From NCBI GenBank assembly GCA_964563105.1, contig CAZLXM010000002.1:41716-105715 (forward strand): 64,000 bases of DNA. Reading direction: 5' to 3'. Below the pieces are notes generated by a model. That model was given only the letters and a program-made list of their open reading frames with translations, made no database searches and had not been told where the DNA came from. This DNA is from an uncultured Bacteroidaceae bacterium. Its GTDB lineage: Bacteria; Bacteroidota; Bacteroidia; Bacteroidales; GCA-2748055. Position numbers and translations under genes: made by a program. Position 1 is the stretch's first letter, and each line of letters starts with the position of its first letter. Below, piece after piece: positions 48,539-57,645 of the stretch.

Positions 48539-49621
48539 TTATTTGAATTTTTGCTGATATTGGGGATTTTCTTTCATGATTTTGAAGCTTTCAGGGTAAT
48601 TTTCTACAAACCAAATTAAAAAAGCAGTTACATCTATTTTATCAGCGAGCATTTTCTGTCTGCGTTTTTGCCATTCGTTTTTCAGGTCGGGCATATTAAG
48701 TAGTTCAACTCCTTTTTGAATGGCTTTTATTTGATCCTCAGGTGATTCTGAATATATAAAACATAAATTATATTTTTTCTCCTGTTCATATAAATATAAT
48801 GATCTGGTATTGTGATTTATAACAGATGGGGTGCCTAATACTGAGCACTCCGAAGGCATAGTAAAACTTTCTGCCCAGAGCAAGCTGGCAAAAGCTAATG
48901 CATCATGAATTTTATTTGGAGAAATATTAAGTTTATTTTTTACAATTTCATCAGGCAAAGGAGATTCTGAAGATATAAACACTTTAGCATACTTTGAAAA
49001 TTCTTCAACAGCTAATATTTTATTTTTAAAATAAACACCCGTATGTCCTATATCATGACTAGCTTTCCATGCTACAAAACGTATGATAACATATTTTTCA
49101 TTTTCCCGTACTCCAAGATCATCTAAAACTGATTTATCAGGGGTAAATTGTTTTGGATGGAGATAAGCAAGTTCATGATATCCAGAATATTTTATAAGCT
49201 TACCTGATTTAAGGGGATGTTCATAATCGGATGTTAAAATAGTATCTGTAAAAGGTTTGTACAAGCGTATTTGTTCTAAATTAAAAGTATCTTCAAAAGA
49301 GATGTGGGATTTTCTAAGAAAAAAAGAGGCATGGGCAGCATACATGGAGCCGTGGCTCATAAATATATCAGGTTTAAAATTTTTAGCAGCAATTATTTCC
49401 TGTGCATCAAATTTAAATAGCCCCCATATTTTCCCCGGAAGGGATCTATATTTTTCACCAAAAGAAATAAAATCAAATCCATATTTTTGCAGAAGGTAAA
49501 TTTCAAACTCCTTTTCTCTGCATGTAAAAAGAATTTTATGTCCTTTTTGGGACATATTTTTTGCAAAATTTTTAAAGAGATGAACATGAGCCGGATGACC
49601 AATATCAATTAAGATTCTCAT
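48539..49621 (-). CDS. DUF354-family protein (GT-B / epimerase-like fold)
   Basis: N-terminus 'MRILIDIGHPAHVHLFKNFAKNMSQKGHKILFT' is the recalled hallmark of DUF354 proteins. 360 aa. 1-nt overlap with the upstream gene. Confidence 0.6.
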   Translation of the reverse strand: MRILIDIGHPAHVHLFKNFAKNMSQKGHKILFTCREKEFEIYLLQKYGFDFISFGEKYRSLPGKIWGLFKFDAQEIIAAKNFKPDIFMSHGSMYAAHASFFLRKSHISFEDTFNLEQIRLYKPFTDTILTSDYEHPLKSGKLIKYSGYHELAYLHPKQFTPDKSVLDDLGVRENEKYVIIRFVAWKASHDIGHTGVYFKNKILAVEEFSKYAKVFISSESPLPDEIVKNKLNISPNKIHDALAFASLLWAESFTMPSECSVLGTPSVINHNTRSLYLYEQEKKYNLCFIYSESPEDQIKAIQKGVELLNMPDLKNEWQKRRQKMLADKIDVTAFLIWFVENYPESFKIMKENPQYQQKFK

Positions 49622-50613
49622 TACTTTAGTTTCCCTGACAAAGTAATTATCAGCCTTCCAAGTTTGAATAAGAACATTTTATTGATTTTCAAAAATCTTC
49701 CATGTTCCATAATCTCACCTCCGAATTTCTTTTTAAATTCACGAACACCATAATTATCATCGGGCTTCCCAGCGCCCATAAAATCAAAATATTTAAAGCC
49801 ATTATTATAAGCATATTCAATACCTGCAAATGTTGCCATTACGCTAGGGCTGGCATCTTTGTATTCCTCGTCAAGGCCACAAATATAAAATTCATAGATT
49901 GCTTTTCCGCTTAATCCTATACACATTATCCCGCCAATAATTTTATTTTTATAATGAACCAAGAGGAAAACACCAACAGCATTTATAAAAAAAGCTTCGA
50001 AAAATTCAAGAGCAGGTAATGGCTTTCTGATTTTTTTAGCATACAAATCACGAAGAATCAGGTAAAATTCCTTAATTTCATTTAAAGAAACGGCCTCCTT
50101 TATTTTTACACCTTTTTTTGTTGCCTTATTTATCTGGCGCTTTCTGTTAGTATTGAGATTATTCCAAATAATTTCACGCGAAGAACAATTTAAGTGAAAA
50201 TTGAGATGCGGTTGATATATCCATCCATATTCAGCAAACAACTTTTTATAATTGCTATAATCGTTATAATTACGAATCTCAATATAAATAGTTTGATATT
50301 TAAGTTGGGTGTTTATTTCTTCAAATAAAATTGGCAGGGCTTCAGCATACCCCTCCAAAATCAAAGGCCCGCCATAAATTATGCCGCGACTTGAAAAATA
50401 ACCTTTTATGCCTTTCTCTTTCTGTAAAATCGCTACTACTAAAGCAATAAGGCCCTCAGAATTTTCTATTCCTATAGCTATTGCAGAAAAGCCAGGAACA
50501 GAATTAATAAATTTGTAAAATTCAAATGTTTGAAAGGGTGAGGAAAAACAGCTTTTGTTTATTAAATTTTGCCAAAAATCAAGAGATATATCCTCATTAA
50601 TATATACTTGCAT
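49621..50613 (-). CDS. FemAB-like / GNAT-fold (Acetyltransf_6) aminoacyl- or acyl-transferase
   Basis: 330 aa. The overall pattern resembles FemA/FemB-family proteins: 'SPFQTFEFYKF', 'NTNRKRQINKATKKGVKI', 'YICGLDEEY', 'FDFMGAG...YGVREFKKKFGG'. Confidence 0.6.
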   Translation of the reverse strand: MQVYINEDISLDFWQNLINKSCFSSPFQTFEFYKFINSVPGFSAIAIGIENSEGLIALVVAILQKEKGIKGYFSSRGIIYGGPLILEGYAEALPILFEEINTQLKYQTIYIEIRNYNDYSNYKKLFAEYGWIYQPHLNFHLNCSSREIIWNNLNTNRKRQINKATKKGVKIKEAVSLNEIKEFYLILRDLYAKKIRKPLPALEFFEAFFINAVGVFLLVHYKNKIIGGIMCIGLSGKAIYEFYICGLDEEYKDASPSVMATFAGIEYAYNNGFKYFDFMGAGKPDDNYGVREFKKKFGGEIMEHGRFLKINKMFLFKLGRLIITLSGKLK

Positions 50614-50622
50614 GAATGATAC

Positions 50623-52473
50623 TTATGATAAGAAATGCCTGTACCAAAGCTCTAAGTTTATCCATTTCCATATTTCCCTGGATATATTAATGCGTTTATT
50701 AAAATGATCATTATAAAGCCTTAATGCTGTTTTCTTATTAATATATTCATCTGAAAAACTCTTAGTTGTCAGAAGCTCAGTTATTAAATTTTTAAAGAGA
50801 GGATCTCTAAACCATTCTGCTTCTGGTGTTCCAAATCCAATTTTATCTTTCCTAAGCCGTATATTTTCAGGTACAATATTTCTCATTGCTTCACGAAATA
50901 TACTTTTTGTCATTCCCTTATTTATTACATCCTTGTTATCAAGAGAAAGAGATTTTTCCACAAACCTGTAATCAAGAAATGGCACTCTTGCTTCAATTGA
51001 GAACCTCATGGAATTTCTATCCTCCCATTTAAGAAGATGTTCAAGTTTATATTCAAAATGGTTAAACAGGGCATCTTCCAATGTTTTCGAACCATATAAT
51101 TTATCACTAATGTCACTGTAACAACTATATTTATTAATAAATTCATGGTTAATATATCGCTTTTCATTTGTCTTTACTCTTGTTCGTAAAGAAGAAGGAA
51201 GCATAAAAAAAGCAAACGTCTTCAATCCATAAATACTCTTATGCTCTTTTAGATAGTGAAAGATTTCAGAGCTAAGTTCCAACAGCTTTCCATTTCTAAA
51301 GAGATCTTTAAAGTAAAAACCAAAGAAATATTGATAACCCGCAAATAATTCATCTGCACCTTGTCCATCAAGGGTGACAGCAACATGTTTATTTGCAAGT
51401 TCCATAACTTTATATTGTGCATAAGGAGAAGTTGACGGCAATGGCTCAGCATGAGTTTTAATGAAATCCTCTAAATCTGATATAAGTGTGTGTGTATTAG
51501 GCTTTATATAAAATATATTTTTAAGAATAGATTGAAATTCTTCTATAAAAACAGACTCATCACCCAATTGACCTTTCTCATAAATAGCAGAAAAAGTCTT
51601 AAGATCATTTTTATTATAATGTTTCAATAAAATTGAAACAATACTTGAAGAATCTAAGCCTCCACTCAGGCATACACCATAAGGAACTTCCTTTTGAATT
51701 CTTAAACCGATAGCTGATGATAACAATTCTCTGAACTCGGAAGGATCTTTAAAACTCTCTGACATTTTTACTCTTTCACGCAGATCATACCATTTTCTGA
51801 TTGAAAGTTGAACTTTAAAGTCAGATGATTTGATATTAAAAATCAGATTGTGGCCATGTTGCAACTTCTTGATATCTTGATAAAAAGTTCTTTCGTTCTG
51901 ATCTGTACGATTGAATGCAAGAAAATCAAAAATTGAAAGATTATCCAGACGAGGCTTTTGCTTTAAAACCGAAAGAATAGGAGGTATTTCCGAAGCAAAA
52001 ATAAAAGATTCTTTGATGATGCAATAATAAAAAGGTTTTATACCATATCTGTCACGGGAAGCAAAAACAGATTTATTTATTCTGTCAAAAATCACGAATG
52101 ACCACATTCCATTAAGCTTATGAAGAAAATCTTCACTCCATTGTATATAAGCAGACAGTAAAACCTCAATATAGGATCCAGATATAAAACTATTCCCTAA
52201 AGATTCCAATTCTTTTCTAAGTTCAAAATAATTAAAAATCATTCCATCAAAAACAATAACATATCTCTTATCCTGGGATTGCATCAGCTGATTATGGTTT
52301 GCGGTATTGAAATCAATTAATCTTAATAACACTAATCCTAAACCTAAATTCTTTTCAAGAAATATTGCTTCATCATCAGACCCTCTGTGTTTCATGATTT
52401 GCATCATATTTCTGATATCGGATTCCTGTACCGGTTCCCTGTTGAAATTGATTATACCGCATATGCCACTCAT
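50623..52473 (-). CDS. asnB: Asparagine synthase-family amidotransferase (glutamine-hydrolysing type)
   Basis: N-terminal Ntn glutaminase domain ('GICGIINF', 'HRGSDDE'). PP-loop 'VCLSGGLDSS'. 616 aa. The Cys nucleophile is at position 5, not 2. Confidence 0.85.
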   Translation of the reverse strand: MSGICGIINFNREPVQESDIRNMMQIMKHRGSDDEAIFLEKNLGLGLVLLRLIDFNTANHNQLMQSQDKRYVIVFDGMIFNYFELRKELESLGNSFISGSYIEVLLSAYIQWSEDFLHKLNGMWSFVIFDRINKSVFASRDRYGIKPFYYCIIKESFIFASEIPPILSVLKQKPRLDNLSIFDFLAFNRTDQNERTFYQDIKKLQHGHNLIFNIKSSDFKVQLSIRKWYDLRERVKMSESFKDPSEFRELLSSAIGLRIQKEVPYGVCLSGGLDSSSIVSILLKHYNKNDLKTFSAIYEKGQLGDESVFIEEFQSILKNIFYIKPNTHTLISDLEDFIKTHAEPLPSTSPYAQYKVMELANKHVAVTLDGQGADELFAGYQYFFGFYFKDLFRNGKLLELSSEIFHYLKEHKSIYGLKTFAFFMLPSSLRTRVKTNEKRYINHEFINKYSCYSDISDKLYGSKTLEDALFNHFEYKLEHLLKWEDRNSMRFSIEARVPFLDYRFVEKSLSLDNKDVINKGMTKSIFREAMRNIVPENIRLRKDKIGFGTPEAEWFRDPLFKNLITELLTTKSFSDEYINKKTALRLYNDHFNKRINISREIWKWINLELWYRHFLS

Positions 52474-52653
52474 TTAATAAAAATTAAAGATTAAATATTA
52501 TTTAATTATCTTCCAATGGTTAATCTTGATAAATAGCTCAATTTGTGTTATTTATAATCCTAATTTCATCAAAATACCAACTACCTTTCCAACTTTAAAG
52601 AATTCTAACCTTTTTATTAAAATATTTAGATAAACTTTAACAGATTATAATTT

Positions 52654-53592
52654 TTAATTTTTAACCTTCAATACTGTTTGATACACTTCAACTATCCTTT
52701 TAGCTATTGTATCGGAATCCAGCCCAAGTTTAATGATCCTTTCCCTGCCTTTTGTATAACCCTGTTCCCTGCGGAATCTAATTGCAAGTTCAATTTTTTC
52801 TTTTATATCTTTGGGTTCAAATGAAGAAATGTAACAACCAGAGGTGTTGCCAATAATCCACCTTACATCACCAACATCTGTTGATACTATTGGACAATTA
52901 CAAGCCATTGCTTCTTTAATTATGTTAGGGGAACCTTCATGTAATGATGTTAAAAGTAGCAGATCAGCCGCATTCAACCAATGACAAACCTCCAGGGAAG
53001 AAATATTGTAAAGCTGAAGAAGTTCAATATCAGGATCTCCCATTAATTTTAATGATTTTGAAGCAAGTGAATAGTTTTTTTCAGGCCTGCCAGGTTGTGA
53101 TATAAAAACAATAAGCTTTTTACAATCAGAATATTCCACAAGAATTCTGGCTTCTTTTTTTGGAATATAACGGAATAAACTGATATTTACACCATTTGGA
53201 ATAATTATAGCCGAAGAAAAATTTAACATTTCCTTCATTTGCTTACTCTTCACTATTAACTTGGCCCAGTTATTACGAGCTAAAAACCTTGATATAATTC
53301 TTGTTAGAGATGATTTTAAAACATCTGAACCCATCAACGATACAACTACAGGGAACCGTCCAGACAGGGTTGCAACAAAAGCACTCAAACTGTAATGTGC
53401 ATGAATAAGATCATACTTTCCTATTTTAAAGATTTTTCTAATTTTTGGAACACTTAAAATATGCCCTAATAAACCAGGCTTCACAAGAAAATAATCTAAC
53501 TCTATACCCGCTTTTTTGAGTGATTCTCCCTGATTTTGGACTACTTCTCCTACAACTCCTTTTCTGCCGCTTGAAACAAAAAGGACCTTCAT
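52654..53592 (-). CDS. Glycosyltransferase, GT4-like (GT-B)
   Basis: 312 aa. 'MKVLFVSSGRKG' start, and the C-terminal 'TSLHEGSPNIIKEAMACNCPIVSTDVGD' is the E-x7-E region of retaining GT-B enzymes. Confidence 0.75.
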   Translation of the reverse strand: MKVLFVSSGRKGVVGEVVQNQGESLKKAGIELDYFLVKPGLLGHILSVPKIRKIFKIGKYDLIHAHYSLSAFVATLSGRFPVVVSLMGSDVLKSSLTRIISRFLARNNWAKLIVKSKQMKEMLNFSSAIIIPNGVNISLFRYIPKKEARILVEYSDCKKLIVFISQPGRPEKNYSLASKSLKLMGDPDIELLQLYNISSLEVCHWLNAADLLLLTSLHEGSPNIIKEAMACNCPIVSTDVGDVRWIIGNTSGCYISSFEPKDIKEKIELAIRFRREQGYTKGRERIIKLGLDSDTIAKRIVEVYQTVLKVKN

Positions 53593-53640
53593 ATTTTTAT
53601 GAAATAAATTAGATATATACTTTATTAATATTTGAGTATC

Positions 53641-54693
53641 TTAGCTATTAATTAAATATTTTAATACAAAATCTATTCTTAGATTAAAACAAGCATTTTT
53701 TGCAAAATCTCCTTCTTCAAAAATCCATCTGTTATGTACATTTTGATACCTGCCTGGTTTGCCATTAACTAACATCTGATAAGCATCACTCTGACCAAAT
53801 ATACATTGCATTTCATTTACCAGAAATCCTTTTTTTGTTTCAAATATGTCCACTGCCTGACTGTAAAATTCAAATTTATCAGTGATCTGTTTAACAAAAT
53901 CTAAAACATTAAGCGAAGGATTGTCATAATTTTTCAATAACGACCCGCTACTTTTATCGCCAATTTTTAATTTTTTATGTGCAAAAAAATTATCTCCTAT
54001 TCTCACAACTCTCCATTCAAACACATGTTCAATAAATTCCTGAAAAATAACAAATTCTTTTTGTGGACTGGCAGCCTTTGTTTTATAAATATTTAATTTC
54101 CTGCTTATGTCGAATGGGTGGATAATGTAATGAAACCCTCTTTTTATAAATCCACCCATTTCTCTGTTGGGTCCAATTCGCTGTGGTGCACCTTTACCCT
54201 TGAAAGTTTGATCAATATAATTTCTGGATTCTGAAAAAGACCGTAAAATTTTTACCCCGCTACCTGATGCACCTATATTAGTTTTAGCTACAATCGGAAA
54301 AGTAGCTGATGCAATATAATTTAAGGCTTCATGAATATTATAAAAAATCTCTGTTTTAGGGTGAGGAATATTATTAGCTTTTAACCAGCTCGAAAGAAAC
54401 CGTTTATTTTCATATATAAAAATTTCCAGTGGAGATGGAAAAATTTTATACCCGAGTATAGAATCTAAAACATAGATCCTTTCATCATAAAGTTGTTTAA
54501 AAGGAGCTGAAAGTCCTCCCGGTTTGGCAAGAAGAATATCAAATTCATCTTTTTGTAACTCCTCAAACCAACCACTTGCGGTTAGATTTACAACCCGGTA
54601 TTCCAGCTCTTCTTTATAATCCTCACATGCTTTTATCCAGGGCAGATGATCGTCTTTAAGTTCGTTACTTAAAATTATCGCTTTTATTTTCAT
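53641..54693 (-). CDS. ATP-grasp domain protein
   Basis: 'FPIVAKTNIGASGSGVKIL', 'VIFQEFIEHVFEWRVVRIGD' and 'VNEMQ' follow the RimK/ATP-grasp pattern. 350 aa. Confidence 0.7.
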   Translation of the reverse strand: MKIKAIILSNELKDDHLPWIKACEDYKEELEYRVVNLTASGWFEELQKDEFDILLAKPGGLSAPFKQLYDERIYVLDSILGYKIFPSPLEIFIYENKRFLSSWLKANNIPHPKTEIFYNIHEALNYIASATFPIVAKTNIGASGSGVKILRSFSESRNYIDQTFKGKGAPQRIGPNREMGGFIKRGFHYIIHPFDISRKLNIYKTKAASPQKEFVIFQEFIEHVFEWRVVRIGDNFFAHKKLKIGDKSSGSLLKNYDNPSLNVLDFVKQITDKFEFYSQAVDIFETKKGFLVNEMQCIFGQSDAYQMLVNGKPGRYQNVHNRWIFEEGDFAKNACFNLRIDFVLKYLINS

Positions 54694-54741
54694 TTATTAG
54701 TAGCAAAAACTCCAAATCTATTTGAAATACAATATTGTATT

Positions 54742-56421
54742 CTAAATTGTTTTTAATAAATATGATAAGCTTAATACTTTAAACAATATATCTTTATCAA
54801 GTCTTGGTAATTCATTTGTTTTAAAATATTCATCAGGAACAATAATATTACTCCAAAATTCACTATTTGTTTTCCAGGCAAGGTTTACAGAGTAGGGATC
54901 AAACTCAGGCAAAGGTTTCTTTATTCTTTTTCTTAAATATCCCTTTGCTATATTCAGCTTACCAAAAGGACTTAACAGGTCATTAGGCCTGTAACCTTTA
55001 TCAGTCATAAATTTGCCAAATAGAGGATATGTTTTTTTAATAATATGAGCATAAAGTATCTGTCCTTTATATCTTTTAAAAGGATTATGTTCAAAAAACT
55101 CAGAATGAATTCCGGCAAGTTTAGTTTCAAAAATGGCTTTTAAAAATTCTATATCTAGAAACGGAGTTCTGTTTTTAATATACTTAAACTGATTTATCAT
55201 TTCAGCTCCGAAATACTTTCTGAATATTTCTTCAAAAACAAAAACATAAAACTTCTGATTTTTGGTCAGATCTGTTAATGAATTATCGTAACATGGCAAT
55301 TTTAGGATATCCTCGTTCAAAGATATCAGATCATATTTTAGATATTCCCCGTTCAAAAACTTGAATTCCTGACTATTTTCAACTTTTTTAATTCCTTCCT
55401 CATAATCCACGGAATCAAATAAAACGCGCAAATTCGAAGAAATTACAACTCCTGCAATATGAGCAGCACGGAAAATTTCACTTCCAAAATTTCCAGTAAT
55501 AATATATTGATATTCTTTTGCAAGACTCTTTGCGGAGTAAAGATAATGAGCCCTGGCAAAAGTTGCATTTCCGGATGAATTCAAAATAAATTCCTTTCCA
55601 CAATTAAGACTGGATTTTTTTATATATTCATTATTAAGTTCAAAATTAATAAAGGGCAGATTAGCTTTTGAAGCTAATTGCATTGCTATTTGTGTATCTT
55701 TTGAATCATTTGAACCAAAACAATAACAGGAAAAAGCCTTATTATAATATTTAGCTGCAGAAATAAGTGTTCGTCCATCAAAACCACCCGTCAATGCATG
55801 AATATAAGGTTCATCTGGCAGATATTTTTTTGTATTTGAAATAAAAATATCTCTTATTTTATTTACGGATTTTCTCCAGGATACAGGTGTTGTCGAAAAA
55901 TAATCCTGAATTTGTGTATGTTTTAAAAATTCAATATCTTTTTTTGAAATCCTAACATAGAAATTAGCCGGCAGGAGATGTATATCCTCAAAAATACTAT
56001 TATTAAATAAAGCATAATTAAAAAGGACTGTTTCAATGATAAATCTGGATGAAATTTTTTTTATTCCGAGATGCTGTCCCAGCTTTATAGCATTATCTGA
56101 AAAAATAACTCTATTTTGATCAATAAAATAATAAAGTGGTAAAATAGAAAAAAGTGAATTGCCTATTATAATCTCTCTATTTTGCTTATTCAAAAGAATA
56201 TAATAATAATGACCGTAAACATTATTTATAATAAATTCAGGAGATAAGTTTTTTGAAAGACTTTTTTTAAAACTCGAGTTTAATATTGGATCCCCCCACG
56301 AAATGAACTCATAATTTTTATTTTTTAAATGTATTACCATTACGGGTTTTTGAATGAACGATAACTCATTTATAGTTATTAATTTATTTTTTAAGTCCAA
56401 TTCAAAAATAAAACTAATCAT
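54742..56421 (-). CDS. Asparagine synthase-like adenylating enzyme lacking the glutaminase nucleophile
   Basis: 559 aa. PP-loop-like 'IHALTGGFDGRTLISA' sits in an AsnB-synthetase-like C-terminal half. The N-terminus (MISFIFELDL...) has no Cys nucleophile. Confidence 0.55.
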   Translation of the reverse strand: MISFIFELDLKNKLITINELSFIQKPVMVIHLKNKNYEFISWGDPILNSSFKKSLSKNLSPEFIINNVYGHYYYILLNKQNREIIIGNSLFSILPLYYFIDQNRVIFSDNAIKLGQHLGIKKISSRFIIETVLFNYALFNNSIFEDIHLLPANFYVRISKKDIEFLKHTQIQDYFSTTPVSWRKSVNKIRDIFISNTKKYLPDEPYIHALTGGFDGRTLISAAKYYNKAFSCYCFGSNDSKDTQIAMQLASKANLPFINFELNNEYIKKSSLNCGKEFILNSSGNATFARAHYLYSAKSLAKEYQYIITGNFGSEIFRAAHIAGVVISSNLRVLFDSVDYEEGIKKVENSQEFKFLNGEYLKYDLISLNEDILKLPCYDNSLTDLTKNQKFYVFVFEEIFRKYFGAEMINQFKYIKNRTPFLDIEFLKAIFETKLAGIHSEFFEHNPFKRYKGQILYAHIIKKTYPLFGKFMTDKGYRPNDLLSPFGKLNIAKGYLRKRIKKPLPEFDPYSVNLAWKTNSEFWSNIIVPDEYFKTNELPRLDKDILFKVLSLSYLLKTI

Positions 56422-56517
56422 TCATTTAAAAATTAATAACAAAATAGATACTTATCGTTAGGAATAAGTGGTTGAGAGGGAATAAATTAATATTTTTTTT
56501 TAAGCTTTGTTTAAAAT

Positions 56518-57645
56518 TCAATATCGTAAATGTCTAAAAAGACTTAATAACTCAAAATATGGAGTTTTATCTGAAAGTGCTTTAACTTTAAAAATAGTTT
56601 TTTGTCTTTTAAACCATGATGAAAAATTTGCCCCTATTCTTTCAGGAATTCTTGTTTTTTCTGTTTCTTTTATATCCTTATTATTTCCTTTGGTTGTCAT
56701 GAGATAACCAGCTTCAATGGCCATATTATGTAGTATATTATTATTATCTCCATGAGGCCAACAAAGAAAATCTACCGTTTTATTCAAATTTTTTTCAATA
56801 ATCCTTTTAGAGTCAAAAATTTCATGTCTTACTCTATCCTGATATTCTTGTTCACTTTCTTTTGATATGATCAATGAATCATTTTTTTGATAAATATTAT
56901 ACTTCTCCTTTATAAGTTTAAAAGCACTTTCAAATTTGTAATTATAGAAATTAAGGTCTTTAAATATATCCACACAAAAATCAATAAATCCAGGATTTAT
57001 TTTTATTTTCCTGGCAATAACAGAAGATCGCATTTCAAAAACGGGATAACCATAAGGTAATAACTTTTCAAAATCAACATCATCAATATAATAAGGTTTT
57101 CGTTCTGGAAAATTATTAGAAATATAATAGAGACAATCTGCTCCCGGATGGTGAAAATCTACAAGATTGTCAGACACCGGATATTTCGTATGTGTAAATG
57201 TATGAGATTGAATATCTATGACCCCTGAAGCTTCCATAATACGCATTTCTTCCCAACTTAAAAATCCCCATTGCATGAGATCTTTTTCATTAACTTTATT
57301 TTCCAATAAATCTTCAAGATTAGGGCGGACAATATTTCTTTTATCTACAAATTCGGGACTAATAAATATAGTTCCTTTCAATCCATATTTCTTTAGTAAT
57401 GGATATGCATACTGCCAATTATCAAGATAACCATCATCAAAAGTCAGGATTAATGGATTTTTTACCGGATCACTTATACCATTAGTTATTTCCCAATACT
57501 TTTTAAGATTAATGACATTGTAATGTTTTGAAAAATATTTTAATTGGTCCTCAAAAATTGTAATTTCCAGAGTTAAAAAATTTTTAATCCACTTAGGATT
57601 TTTAATTCCTACAGAATGAAAAAACATAACAGGTATTTTTTCCAT
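56518..57645 (-). CDS. Polysaccharide deacetylase (NodB homology, CE4)
   Basis: 'LILTFDDGYLDNWQYAYPLLKKYGLKGTIFI', 'IQSHTFTH' and 'LCWPHGD' are NodB motifs 1, 2 and 5. Confidence 0.8.
   Translation of the reverse strand: MEKIPVMFFHSVGIKNPKWIKNFLTLEITIFEDQLKYFSKHYNVINLKKYWEITNGISDPVKNPLILTFDDGYLDNWQYAYPLLKKYGLKGTIFISPEFVDKRNIVRPNLEDLLENKVNEKDLMQWGFLSWEEMRIMEASGVIDIQSHTFTHTKYPVSDNLVDFHHPGADCLYYISNNFPERKPYYIDDVDFEKLLPYGYPVFEMRSSVIARKIKINPGFIDFCVDIFKDLNFYNYKFESAFKLIKEKYNIYQKNDSLIISKESEQEYQDRVRHEIFDSKRIIEKNLNKTVDFLCWPHGDNNNILHNMAIEAGYLMTTKGNNKDIKETEKTRIPERIGANFSSWFKRQKTIFKVKALSDKTPYFELLSLFRHLRY

Noticed and set aside
56507-56707. 66-aa plus-strand ORF at the 3' end of the NodB deacetylase gene
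   Set aside because: It is antisense to a motif-supported gene, with no promoter box and no recognisable domain.
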